Under the pieces are notes generated by a model. The model did not search any database. It saw only the letters and a program-made list of their open reading frames with translations, and was not told where the DNA came from. A stretch of 53,137 bases of DNA, the filler included, from Sphacelaria rigidula (Eukaryota), in the NCBI GenBank assembly GCA_964200075.2. It is 2 parts of 2 records of this genome, joined end to end, with 100 filler letters (N's around TTAATTAATTAA, not from the genome) between each part and the next. Parts side by side here need not be neighbours in the genome. Positions count along the whole stretch, not along the records: positions 1 to 26,531 come from CAXNAA020000135.1; 1 more part is not named here. The stretch is one strand, 5' to 3'. A program made the position numbers and the translations under genes. Numbering within the stretch: the stretch's first letter is position 1; every line of letters starts with the position of its first letter. Below are positions 1-13,800 of this stretch, piece after piece.

Positions 1-273
1 GCGCCTGCCCCCCCCCCCGCCGCGGGCGTTTTTTTTTTTTTTTTGGGGGGGGGGGGGGGGGTAGCCCATAGAAGGTGTCAAACGTGATCTTAATTTTCGA
101 TCTCGACAAGAGACGACCCAACCTTCCACTCCATCTGCCCGCTGGGGTGCCAGCTATAGTAGGACGATCGGGGCGCGCCGGCTTGGACGGTATAACTGTT
201 AAATATTACGCGATGGCAGCATGGATGTATCAAACATTGACCATGATACCCTCGAAGACTCACCTCTTGCTTC

Positions 274-1529
274 GGTGCGTCTTTAGAGATGTTGCGGTGG
301 CTAGTGGCATGGTGTCTGTTATCCTGACAAGTGGCACTCCCACCGTCCACGGTTTGCATCACCGACACTGTCGATAATGGAATGCAGTCGATTTTGGCGC
401 TCGGCGCAGATACTGATGCTCTGGAACTGTGAATTTTCCTATCATCATCCGATCCCTGGTTTAGATGACCATCAGCACCAGCTTCTTGCTTATGGGAATT
501 GGCGTCATGTCGGTTGACGGGCATGACGCCGTCTGCATCTCGCTGGAGCAGCGGGATTCGAGGGGAACCTTGGCTGAAACAGTCACCGGATCCGCTGATG
601 CGGTGCGGCGGGTTTTTGCGAGACGAACGAAGCGTGGTCGGTGGATGCCGAGGGCGCAAGCCATGCGCAAAAACGCATAGGCTAGGCGTGTCTACCGGCG
701 GTGGATCACACCTTCCTGCTTCGAACATTATTGCTTACAGGAATGTTACGCACTTGCTGTGCCCGGGGTACATCGATACTACATCGTATGTTGCAGCCGT
801 GGTTGGCATGTATGTATAACATAGATTTAGCTGTCATGATCCATGATTATGTAGTCATCGTTTGTGCCGTTATATGTATTCTTCACTATGGGGTACCGCC
901 TGCTGTACACCACGTGCAAAAGAGGGAACCATGTCCATACATGGTACCTTTTACTCGCCCTGCAAGAGTTGCTGCATACACCCATGGGCGTACTGTTGTC
1001 TGTGCAGTTGAAGTAGTGCGAATGGGCATGTGCATCCTGATCACGGGTACTGCTGAATATTTGTAAGATCCACACAAGAAGGATCCAGAATCCACGGCAT
1101 GATGTGTACCCTTCTCAGGTGTAATCCAAAAAGTGAGCAATAAACCATGGACTGGGAAGATATGTCAGTTGAAGTACTCAAGCACGTAGAAGACTGCTTG
1201 CCAGTTGCACCAGCCTCGCCAGCAGCACTCGATGACCAACCGGTATCGGCAAATACTTCACACCAGGATTCATGGCATAGGGGGAGCCTGTTCAGGTACA
1301 TGGCCATCCGCCGCAAATGGCCTTCTGTACCGTACATTGGCGAAGTTATTCGCAATAATTAGTAGCATCCCACCTTAGTAGAGTCACCAGATGTGCAGTA
1401 GATGTATACCGACAAGGTCGCAAGAAAGACGCCACTGACGGTATGGTGATATGCGTGGTTCTTCGATCGCTCTATAATGCCAGCACCTGGCAGTGTACCG
1501 CGCCAGTGTTTCCGGTTGCAACCCAACAT
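274..1529 (-). CDS. Hypothetical protein, spliced, 3'-incomplete (exons 1529-1388, 1324-1110, 1036-948, 594-274)
   Basis: An ATG at 1529 is followed by four open exons joined by GT-AG introns whose phases match (1,0,2): MLGCNRKHW..YIYCTS/EGHLRR..HLRR/DAHAHS..RASK/SGSGD..PKQE. The last exon ends at a GAG|GTGAGT donor at 273. No family recognised. The first intron is only 63 bp, so the start is less certain. Confidence 0.55.
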
Positions 1530-1756
1530 GAAGTAGGGGAGGCGACTGCGTACCCATGTACACAAGTGAAAATATCAAGACATACACACATACATGGATA
1601 AATAGGGTTCGATGAGATGGTGCTCGAAAGAAGAGGGTCCCCTCGGAAATGGGGTTTAATGTCGCGGTTAGGTTAAACCTGCGTCTAGAATTTCGCAATT
1701 TCCAGCGAAAATACTTTGGGCTACAGTACGATAGGAAAGCACTTTCGACTAGAAGT

Positions 1757-2215
1757 GCATTTAACGGCCGATCATCGAAATTGAGGATGGAGTTTTTTTG
1801 TTGAGGATAAACATCCAGAAAATTAAAATCTTCGTATCCGCACCAAATCTTCGAAGCATGGTTCCATTATTTCACCTGCTGGTGGTGGCTATGGACAATT
1901 GCTTCACGCCCTACAAATTTGGATTTCTATGACCGAAATGTTGGAACCCTAGGTAAAGAAACATTTTTGAGTATTTAGGCGATCCGATCGGAGCGCCTAA
2001 ATTCCACGAAATTATTTTTTTCACCGAGGACCCCAACATTTCGGTTATCGAAATCCAGGTTTGTATGGCGTACAGCACTTGTCCATAGTCACCAGCACGT
2101 GAAGAAATGAAACCATATTTCGAAGATTTGGTGTGGATACGAACTTTTTATCTCCCGGGTTCTCATCCTCAGTGAATAGCTCCATCCTCATTTTCGATTA
2201 TCGGCTGTTATTTGC
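1757..2215. repeat. ~460-bp imperfect palindrome (foldback/MITE-like)
   Basis: The arms are reverse complements around the centre TCCGATCGGA (1983-1992). Examples: cgaaattgaggatggag pairs with ctccatcctcattttcg, and ttcgtatccgcaccaaatcttcgaa pairs with ttcgaagatttggtgtggatacgaa. Confidence 0.9.
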
Positions 2216-3020
2216 GTTAAAAGCTAAGCAGGTGTGCGGTGCTGGGCTGCACCTAGTTCGGTGTACACGTGTGTCGATGACGATGCCACCGGAGGAGTAA
2301 CGACCGAGAGGAAGCTCCTCGCCTGTGTCCTTTGTGTGTCTTCGTTCGGCGATTCTCGGTCGCTGGAGAGAACGGCATCCGGATACCACGTCACACACCG
2401 TTTGCCAGTCCTTCAGTGGGCACAAGAACGGTAGGCAGTCAGTGGTACAGCTGAATACTTGCCGAATCATTCGTGGCCCACGCCGTCAAGCGATGACCAA
2501 ACAAGTCTTGTCTGGTGGGAGAGTTTGAGTTAGGTTTCAAGGAGCCCAGCAGCAGCCAGCCCAGTACTATAGTTTCCCTCTCTAAAGCTCATACAATTCC
2601 TTGTGACTATAGTCACTTTAGCATGTGCACACGCCAAAGTGTTTGTGTATGTGAAAGAATAGTAGATGGACTTCTAATATTAAGGTGCGTTGATAGCGTC
2701 AAAATGGATGCCACCAGCTGGCAGAAGGCGCTTTCCTCGGCTTTCCAAGGGCATGAAGGAAAACAATGCCACAGTTTGTCAAACAGCTCTGGAATTTTTA
2801 CTTAGTATGCGCAATAATAATTGCCGGTTTCTGGTCGCTGGGCATTTGATCACCCCGTCGTTACTGATTTGGTTGGCTTAGCTTCGCCGGAAAACGAAAA
2901 GGACAATGTCACCTCTACTTTCTTGTAATACTAGCACGGGGTGGGGCCCAAAAAGGTTCAACCGACATGTACACCGAGGCACTGCGCAAACGTGACCTCA
3001 CGCGCCTAGGGCCGACTCAA

Positions 3021-3022
<2 letters not shown>

Positions 3023-3114
<92 letters not shown>
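3023..3114. repeat. Compound microsatellite (CT)n(CA)n
   Basis: Directly visible dinucleotide runs. Confidence 0.97.
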
Positions 3115-3115
<1 letters not shown>

Positions 3116-6100
3116 CATTCGCACATTGCCATTTTATCCGCCAGGTTCACTAGCGCATTGTTGTGTCGCCTCCATTGAGGAGTACATTCGATGGTCGAGC
3201 AAACCTATATGTATTTGTCATTGAGTAGATCGTATTTCACAGCTTGTTGCAACACGAAACAAACATAGCAACTCTCCTCAGCATTCTTGCTAGGCAGCCC
3301 TTGTCGTAAACCAGCTACCAAATCATTTGCTGGGCAACTTACCGAACAGCCAATGAGTCAACGAGTACAGGTCAACGTTGTCAACTATATCAAGTCAACC
3401 GCTCTTGGGTAAGGCACTCAAATATCAATAAGATAATGAGCACGGATCTCGCCAACAAAACTGACCACGCTCACACGCAACCTCAAGCCGAAGTAACCAC
3501 GCTTCGCTGAAATGGCGTTCCGCAGACAAATTACCGGAGGGCAAACACTCATCGCTACCGTAAAGCCCATTGCAAGGTTGAATTATATTGATTGATTGTC
3601 GCATATTCACTAATTTCTGAGAAATCCAGCCTTGATGACAATGTAGACGTTTCCCTGGCAAGCGGAACGGAAACACTTGTCGAAGAAAACTTGACACAAG
3701 GGGAAGATAAATAAAGAGAGGAAAACAGACAGAACAGAGTGGTCCAAGAAATGACAGCAGAACAGGACGGCACAATAGAAAATATGAGAGAAAATGGAAC
3801 AAGAAAACGAAAGCAAACGCCAAAACAGATCTAGTACCAGTCCCGATCAGAAAAAAAGAAGAGACAAGAAAATGGCCAGCCCCTGCTTGGCCCCCTGCCG
3901 CATGGCTTTAGATAAGGAGGCCACGAGAAACAAACAAACGGACGAACGAGCAAACGTAAAATCACAAAACTATTAATTGTTATCTTTCAGCAGCACCACC
4001 CATGTATACTACTTTACATATGTACAATAATTCAGAATATGAACTGTAGAACCGAGAATTTATAATCAGTATATCTGTTTTCCCGTTTCACTCGACCCGT
4101 GGAGTTCTTTTCATGAGATACTATGAGTGTGTGCCCCTGAACGAAGGTGTGCACAAAAGCACGGAACAGATGTCCTGAGGAACAGCTGCTGAGTAACACC
4201 TCGCAATAAAACCGGCCAGCGAGTACTTGCAGGTTACCTGGCAATTCTATCTCTGTGACATCAGACGGTGATCGAATGGTACTAGTCTAGTTTTAATATC
4301 CTAAAAACACGGATCGGTGAAGGGCGTGGAAGCAGGTTTGTGCTCAGCATTTTGGAACCCACACTGTTTGGGCATGCACTCTCACCCACGAACTCTCCGG
4401 TCGCGAGACACGCTGCTATAAATAAAACAAAACTGTGAAGCAAAGAGGAAGCAAATGACAAAAACGAAAAGGCAGAAAGGAGGGAAGAAACAAAAAGAAA
4501 GAGAGAGAGGGAGATAAAAGAAGAGAAGAATATGAAGAAGAGATAAAACCCGAGTAAAAACCAGAACATGTACAAGAGCATAGCCGGAGACCATCGTCTA
4601 GGTTGTCAGTCGAGGAAACAAGTCGACACATGATAAGACAAGACTGGAGTCTATCAGTTCCCATCTTACCCTCGCCTCTCCTACTCATCCGTAGCCGGGT
4701 ACAAACCCGGCCACTGTTTTGATCATTTCCATTTCTGAGTTCCTCACAAGGTGATGCTGCTATTGTTGTGTCATCGGTGGCCGCTCTTCAATTGGCAGCT
4801 CGTAACACAATAGCCTCTTGCTTGTGGCGTACGTCGGGCTGACATATGTCTTCACTTCTGGAAAACCCTAAAATCACGCCATCACAGGGCCATCATGTCG
4901 CTTTACAAACCGCACCATGTTGACTGGCATTGAAAAACTCCAGAACCAGAATAAACTTCAACAAACCTCGCTCCTGCTAAATCTTTAGTTTCCCGACGAC
5001 CGATGATGCCTGCACTATCCAACCCGCACATGCTCCTATGGCAACCAAGTTTGGTTGGAGAAGTCAATATGATCCATTTCATAGTTCTTTGATGGCCGCG
5101 GAATCGATGTCATTCCTCAGTCCTGATGAAGTTTAACGTATCAAGAGGAATATCGAAAGATGAAAACGGTAACTCTAACTTCATTCAACACATTTGTTGG
5201 TAACTTTGCACCCGGTGCGCCACTACCTGTTGGGATACCAACGCGGCGAAGATGCGGCCGCGGTGCGTTCTACACCCTTACCATCTCGCCATCCTACAGC
5301 TCTCTGAACCTGGTGATCCCCAACCGCCCCCCCACGGAACCAACTCCACCCTCGCCCGACATACCGCCGTTTCCATGGACTAATCCCCATGATCTCCCGG
5401 TTTCTCCACGGCGGGAGTTGCTGGACCAACCGCATTGACCCTTGGCGGTGAGCGCGTGGTCGCTCGAACACGACTAGATGCGGTGATGGAGTTGCTTGAA
5501 AGCAAAGTACTTGCAGTGACAAGATGCTTTTCATTACCACCGCCAGTATCTGCCTGTGGACAACATACTTGGAAGGTAGAGCATCCACGAACTTTCCGAA
5601 GCGAGGCAGTGGGTCAAGTGAGGTCGAACTTCGTATGCTCGAAGAGATCGGGCAATATCTTCCAGCTCTACCAACCGTTGGATAGGTCTATCCCCAACCA
5701 CAATCTGTATGTTGTCGAGCTTATCGAATAACACCATTTTTGCCGCTCAAGCTTTCGGGCTATGCTTTTCGTACATTGCAAGCCTTGCTGCGCCAGGACA
5801 GCCGAGTCACAACAATTACCCCGTTGACATCATTTTCATCGAGCTTTCGCGTCTGCGGCTACCAACCTACCGCCAAAACGACTGCACTAAAATCCCCGGA
5901 CGCCCCATGCCCACATCATCTCCCGTTATATCTCGCCCCGGTAAAGGCCTAGTCTACACCCTGGAGTTTTGTGAAATTCCAGAACTTTTACCTGAAACGC
6001 TGAAAAACGGAATAACGCCCGCAAAGTTCGGAGCACAGACATGGAATCCACCCCGTCAACCGAAACCGTACATTGCGTCTGCTTTACGTTCGAGGCCAAC

Positions 6101-7805
6101 GCCCCTACTCTAGCGACGTCAATTTCACCCTTGTGGTTGCCAGGAGGCAATCCTCCCCTCCTCGTATGCACCCAGTCTTGTATCATGAAAGCCGAAGCAG
6201 CTCCAGGCCCACTATAAATCTCGAATGGACCCTCGCCAATGACGACACCCCACTACCATGACGCCATCGGACCCCGCTCTGCTCGAACCGCTTCCCTCGA
6301 TGGCTCATTGCCATTCCTTTAGCTGGGCTCGAAGTTCATCATCGCCACATGCTGATCACTTTCGCAACTTGTCTGGCACAGCTTTTGAAGCGGCCTCTTC
6401 AGTTACTTCCGCACTTTTCGAAGTTGGCTGTCACGCTGTGACGGCGGTACGACCGTTGGCCTACCGGTCAAACTACTAGTGCATTTAATGGTCCTTTCCC
6501 GCGACATCGACGTTGTTTTATCGTATTTCTTACGAGAGAGATTGAAATCGGGGCAACAAGGGTAAAGGGGATGAATAGTGGAGAATAGAGAGTGGCATGA
6601 AGCGAGCCTTCTCGGCAGTCATGATGAAGTTCCGGGCTAGCGTCACCGCTACTGCAGTTCCGCCGCATGTAACTATTAAACCCGACTGATGAGATGTCCC
6701 GGTACTGCAGTATCAAAACAGTGACACTGGCTACTCTCCTCCCACGTACAGCGCTTCGCCTGAGAGTAACGGTATTTGCGTGGACAAGCTCAAGAGAGAC
6801 GAAAAAACTGCGACATTCACAAGAGATGGCAAGTGCTTTCAGTCGCTTGCGCCGGGATCGGAGTTTCTTCAGCCGATGGCGGCGCCACATATTGATCAAA
6901 GCACGGAGATGCAACATGTGAGGGTCATCGCACGCGATTGCCGCCCTAAGCTCAATACTCAATCGGGGCATCTGAGCTCATCAGGATAAAGCCAACTCTA
7001 TCGTAGATTACATGTGCCACTCACAGATGATATGCGCATTGCGGACACGGTGCTGCCGACATTCATATATCGGCGGTGCAACATAGCAGGTGGCAAAAGC
7101 GCCCCGCTATGGCGAGAAATGGATTTGGCCCGGCCCCAATGCTCTTCCCGCATCCAATCGTTTTCTCAATTGATCGATGCTATTTCTCATGAGGCGAAAG
7201 ACTCGGACAAGGCGTACTCTGTTCTTCCTTATTTTCTCAGAAAAGAAGAGTGGCGACAGGGTGTCTTGTGCTTGTCCCTGTCCACGGGTTCATTTTGCAG
7301 AGTGTTTGGTAGGGTCACGAAGCGAACGAATACCCGCACGCTACTCACCGTCAACGGTAATGGCGAGGGTGCTTCTGTAAAAGATGCTGTCCAAGTGGCT
7401 CTTCCACCAGATCTTCCACTCACAGAGCCGCACATACGGAGTGTTTCACAAAATGGTGTCTTGGTGTCACCTGGGGATTGATACCTGATTCTGCTCTGAT
7501 GTTCTCACTCGGGCGCAAACTATGGAAGCAAACGTATTTTTGGTGATGGACCATTCCGCAGGTCGATTGGTTTGCTCGTGACGTTTTTCATATCTACTCG
7601 TGGCCACGATGTGACTGTTTCTTCTTCCGCCTTTTCTTACCTTTGACAGATTCGAGCTCCGCTTCTCGGACTACACGCCATAATTCTTCCAACATCAATC
7701 TTTACCCTCTTCCCTGACTGTTTCTCGATGGTGTTGTGCACAATGTCAAGCGTTTTGATGATTTCGCGCTCCGATATTTCGATCTTGTTGTTTGACTATG
7801 TGAAG

Positions 7806-10800
7806 GTGCAGTCCGGTACTATACTGCGTCGGATGGAGCTGATCGAGGAGCGTTTATCAAGCCACGAGGAAGAACTCGGAAGTATCAGTGTCATTTGCAG
7901 GAGGACTGAAGGAATCATGATAGCCCTTCAGAGCCGTCAGGATGAGTTAAATACAAAGGTACTCGTTGACTGCCTCACTGCAAGTAGCGACTGACAGTCG
8001 TAGGCCCAAATAGGCCGATGAAAATACAGCGTGGGTTGGCGAACCTTTGCACTCCTTCGCTCAGTTTTCCCGTCTCTTCACCAGCAAAACATTCATCCTG
8101 AAGAAAACTCACGATCATCTCGTGGCCCCTTCTACGTGATTTTTCCTCTCGGTCGCAAATATTCCCTTCGGTCCCACGTGCGCGATTTTCGCTTTTGCGC
8201 TTTTTTCTGTAACTGAGAAAGATTCGCGATGTGGCGGACAATTTCATGCTGCTCGATCGGCGAAACGCGTCAACGGAGAGTGCTTTAAGCACTACCATTA
8301 GTCAAGGGCAAATGCTCACTGCCGTTAGGTCGGCGTTAGGACAGTTTCGAGAACAGGTAAGCTGCTTCGTGCAGGAGAGAAGAGCAGTCTACAACGTAAA
8401 ATCTTGGACGCGATTAAGGTCGGATGGACTGTCTGAATCCTCTATCTGTACGCGGCGGACCGATGGTGTCCTAATGAGAAATTCCTCCGTGCAAAAGGTC
8501 ATATTTAGCACGCGGGCGTGTACTTTGTCTAAAATTGCATACAGTAGATTATACCTGCCGTTAAAGGTGCACTTGACGTGTCGTACCGCACAAGGACCGA
8601 TTAGCCACGAGCGAAATGTCGGGCAACGGGGGTTTAGCAGCGGTCAAAACGTCGAAATTGGGTATCGCATACATATCGTTCTGCCAAAAAGCACGAATCG
8701 TAGACCCTTGGATTACAGGATACGCACACATGCCTATATCTAGGATCAATTCTAACTCCTTACTGCCTCACCCACTTATCGCAGGTGGAGAATAAGATTT
8801 CCGCCGTCGAGCAGAAGGTTGCCGATTCTATCGAAAACAGAGCAGACAGCGACAGACTTCCAAAGGTGGAGACGTCGTACAGTAATTGGTGGGGCATGGG
8901 AGGACTCGCGCTGAAAGCTCTACGCAAGGCCACCGAAACGTGAAGTGCAGAGAACAATATTAAAGTGGACAGACTAGGGTGTATGCCCTACGTATACACA
9001 ATCTTGCGCAAGCCTCAAAGCGCACTTACTGTGGCCCACAAAGTATTCCGTTGCCTATCGAAACAGTAATCACGCCATTTACGGTGGGTTGGAATACTGT
9101 GCTTTTAAATTTCGGATTTGAATTCTTCAGATTGAGGAGTCCGCAGAGGAAATGGAGGACATGTGTGCGGTGCAACTGCGTGCGTTCCAGGCCGAAATGG
9201 ACAGAACCACACTTGAAGTGAAGGGAGAGGTACGCACAGCTTAGTGAATGAACACTACTCAGTATCATCTATACGTTGACTCGATCAGTAGGTGTAGATG
9301 CCCATCCGTTGTGAACGCTCAGCGTTTGGCTGTCGTGGTGGCTCCACCCGCGCGAATTTTCTGGTTGTCACACGATATAATCTATTTCCCTGTGATTTGT
9401 GACATGACGTCCCTGAATATGAACAATCAAGAGTAGCAAATGTACAATAGGGCAACTGCGCGAGGTATTGGCAGGCAGAAAGTGGATTCATTGTTTTCCC
9501 TATCGGTTCCTCTGTTTTCTTCACTGTGAATACTGTAATTTGCATGGCACGCAGATGGCAAAACGGATAGAAGCGGAACAGCAAGCGCGAGAAGCGTGTA
9601 CAGGTCTACTTCAACGCCGACTTGAGACTATGTTCCAAGAAGTCGAGAACTCCGCACGATTAAGGCAATCGCAACGGAATGCTGAGGTACGTCATGTCCT
9701 CCGAGAGGGTGGAGTCCAGCAAGCAATCGCTCACCCATTGTTTGCCCATGATATGTCGGTGCTCGACGGGGTAGTTGACCATTGCACTACGCCCTCGTCC
9801 GTCATCTGCGCTGGGATGTTGCAAATTGTGATGCATCGGCTATGGTCTACCATCGCATACGCAGCGGCTTTGGCACTAGCGGGTGGGGAAAAAATCATGA
9901 AGCCACGCAAATGAGAGCATTCAATAGGAAATGTTGTATCCGGCAGGTGGCGGCACTGTCATCGCAGACGCAACGTGAAGTTGATGGACTCTCATCCGCC
10001 AACGCCGAGGAAGTTGCGAGTGTTCGCAGAGAGCTCAAGGAAGCCCTGGTTCTTCTTGGAAGGAGAGTCGAGGAGGTGAGAGCGAGATGTGAAGGCATGT
10101 ACATTTTGACGATGCCGTGCTCATGTGATGTACCAAGTGATATATTACTCCCGATCGTTGAAATGGATGCCGTCTTCATAGCATTCTTTTTAAAGCACGT
10201 TTCATGAAGATAATCGGCACTCTCTGAATGAACCGTAATCGAAGAAGCCGTCCGAATTCAGGACAATGTACCCTGCGTCGCAAGAATAGAATCGTCGTAT
10301 ATCAATTGCATCACCTTTAAACATTGTCTCTGCTCGCCGGACAGGTGCGTGACGCTGACAGCAGGCGAATGGATGAGGTGTCAGGAGACCTGAAACGGGC
10401 GCGGGATGTCAGAGCTGACGAAAGAAGAGAAGTAGGTGACGTGGCTGACTGTGGAAGAAAATTAATCAACACAATTATGACACTCACCATCACTTTGTCT
10501 GTAATTATCCTTAACTCGTATCGCTACCATATGTCGCAAGTGATCCATCTGCAAGCACGGTCTTCCGCTCAGAGCATAGTTGGGTTAACGAAGCGAGAAA
10601 TAGTCCAATGCCGACTGTGTGTTCACTTAGGTACTTTACTCTGCTTTATGTTCGCCGTCGCCCACTGTTACAGATCTGGAAGGAGCTGTCGGGAATACAA
10701 GGCCAAATGCGACATGCAATGGCTGAAGTAGGGAGTCGACGTACAAGCGCGGATGAGCGTCTGCGTGGAGTTGAGGTCAGTGCTCTGTGACAAATTAGCC

Positions 10801-13800
10801 GAGAAGCACCACACCATGAAATGGACGCGCCATCATGCTACCTGCGGGAAACAAACCATGAAGAAGTTCAACGAACCCCCCTTGATCATATGGTACGGCC
10901 GTTCATCCTCAATCGCACGTAGCGGTTGAACTCTAAGTCATCAGTCGCAATGGCTTCAGCGTTTCGTAATGTTTACAGGTTTTGGCTGCATACACTTGTA
11001 CTAGTTCTGCTGTTCAAATCAGGCGTAGGGTAGATCTGCCACAGGTCTAGTATAGTCCTTTGGAGAGAGGACATGGGTGCAGATCTGTTCCAACTGACTC
11101 GACACGTTGACAAACGGATGTGCCAGAAGTGCTTGCGTGGTGCAAGTGAAGCCCTCGAATGCTGCATGGGTGAACAAGGAAGTGCGTGCTGCTTGCCTGA
11201 CTGGCTGACTGACTAACGACTGGCATACTGAATGCTAGTGAGTAAGTGGCTGAAACGAAGGGTCGAATGAGTGTCTGAATGACTGAACAAATGAATCACG
11301 AACGTCTAAGAGAAAACCAACAAGGTCGGAACACTTATTGAATCACCAAGTAGGAAGAGGTTTACATCGAATGCTCGATGCGGGAAAAAAATGGACAGTA
11401 CGTATCTGAAGATTACGAAACTCCGATTAGGGGGGCGAAAAAACCGGTGAAATAGTCAATAGTAGCTGAGTGACACAGTGTTGCACGATTTTGTGCCCAA
11501 TTTCCTTCAAATCACGCAAATCCCTCCACTCGGTACAAGCTCGTGCCGCCTCGAATGTTTTGGGGTTCATCTTCAGCGAGCCATACGCGTACCTACAGTC
11601 GAAAAATAGTTTTTTTTTCTTCCTGCAGTTCATGCACAATGGTGCCCGCAGCTCGACAACGAACGATCGGCTGTCAGTAAACGACAGCTGTACTTGAACG
11701 GTGATGCGGGCTTGTGAAGCGAATGAGTCGAGTTCTGGCTGGGTATGTGTCATTCGAGTGACGTTTGCCTGGAAATTACGAAAGGCACTTTCATTCTGCC
11801 TCAAAGCTCCATTTCGTCTTGACGAAGGCTGGCCGTATTCAGTTGGGGCAAAACCATAACACGGGAACCCTCTGCTTTGCCACTCGTCTCTTCTATCTTT
11901 CCTTACAACCAAACTGTCAGAGGCCCTCAATATTGAGTGCTCACGTTATATGTCTCTGTGCTCTCACTCACCTCGAAGGGATCACTGGGCGGCCTGCTAC
12001 AAGGAAGAGCTGAGACTCGAGATACCATTGGCATCATGGAGACCAAACTCAAGATGCTCCAGCTTGAGGTTCAGGTACCATGCTCCGTAACTTGCGTTAA
12101 CAGCATTTCTACTTCCACCCGCGCGCTCTGTGGGTGCTTTCCCGCGAAGTTCCTTTGCTTCGATCCTTTCACTGGCTGTAGTTACATTTCAATAGTCACC
12201 GTGCTTGACTGTGCTTCAAAGTGTCTGAAAAATGAGCCGAATGTCTCCAATCTTGATTTAACATGCAACTCGTTCCATTTACAGTGCAATCCAGGTGATA
12301 TATGACAAGTACCATATATTAACCTAAAACAACGACACTATTCGCCTTTGTATAAAATTCTACAGGCTATTCATGGAATCACCCAGCGGACAGCTATTCA
12401 GCAATCGCAATTGGATCGAATGCCGATGGAGAAGTGTCCTTCGTCGTATCTTTCGCCAAACCAGGTGCCGCCACAAGTTCCGGAAGCAACGGCGGCCCCC
12501 CTGCCAGTGCCTTCAGATGGATCTAACGTCGGTGCATCCCCATCACCCGCGGTTGTCTCTCAACACAACACTGACTTCAGTGTACGCGATGATTTTGCCA
12601 CGAGGATAGTGGAGGGATCGGCACTTCCCTCGCCGAATGTTAGCACAGAAGATTCTGTGACGTCAATAACCGTCGATGCGACTAGGGATGATTCTAGTCA
12701 ACGACTCTGCCAGACTCCCTTCCAAGACCTGAGATCGATAATCAAAAATGAGCCGGACACTTCTGTATCGTCAGGTGCACGGGTCCACAAAATTCAAGGG
12801 AAAGTGAACACCAGTAACAGTGTCACAGAAGTACCTGCCATTCATATTTTCAGCGGTGACAAAAATGATACAGAGTCCCAACGTGGGCGTGGTGTCGCCG
12901 TTGATGCTGTCCCCTTACCCACTTCAGGAAGTTCACATTCACAGGATCGAGACAGATTAATCAGAGACAAAGGCCCTGAGTTTCCCGCAGAAATACCGCG
13001 GGTACCGACGACAGGATGCAGTGAAGATCCTTCAGCAAACACGGAGTCGGAAACAAAGCGCCTACCGTTGCGAGCGGGTGTCAACCCCATGCCTGATTGT
13101 TCCGCACAACATGTCTTAGCGCCTCACGCTTCGTCATTATCGCCTTCAACACTTGATCCCAAGAACCTGGAGCAACAGCATGCCGCACCGTCCAAAGCGA
13201 CCAGCAGTAGCTCTGCGGTGGACGACAAAGAAGACTGTGATGGACCACGAAAACTCCACACGATGGTTCCGGGAAGAAGCGATGACTTTACGTCTGTTCC
13301 GATACGTGGAAAAGACGGAAAAGTTGAGGATGCTCACGACGCTGAAAAGGTGGATGCAAACGTCTCTAGCATGCCAGCTGATCCGCATACCCCAAGATTT
13401 GGTCACGTAGACAGGGCGTCTGGTTGCGGAAACGTTTCGAAGACCGGAACTCACAATACCAGCGACAATAACATCGGCGATGGGAAGTTGCGACTCGCTT
13501 CCGATACTAGTCCTGCAGAAACTTCACTATCCCGAACTCAGAACGCAAACAGTTCGCCCGCTGAGACGAGTTCCCGTGCAAGTAGCAGCAGCTTTTCTGA
13601 GGATGAAAGCGAGGTCCAAGTAACAGGCGTAGAGCGGCGTGAAGGAGGATGGGGAGGGTTCACTCGGGTTCAGGCCAGCAGTGCTGCGAGCCAAGCCGTT
13701 TCTGGCATTCACAAGGTGCGGTCGTTGGATACACTAGACTATTTCAAAATGACTTGTCCATCTTGTACTTTGTATATCTTCATCGTATTTTATTTTCCCG

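Noticed and set aside
1..61. C/T/G homopolymer runs (and poly-C at 53074-53137) as G-quadruplex or terminal repeats
   Set aside because: They sit at the sequence ends, where low-quality homopolymer calls and assembly breaks are expected.
3425..4688. Phe/Leu/Ser-rich minus-strand 'membrane protein' ORFs
   Set aside because: They are translations of low-complexity pyrimidine-rich tracts.
5123..5160. Hammerhead ribozyme core (CTGATGA...GAAA); CTGATGA sites at ~6686, ~31634 and ~49470 (minus) also examined
   Set aside because: No base-paired stem II closing onto GAAA with supporting stems I and III.
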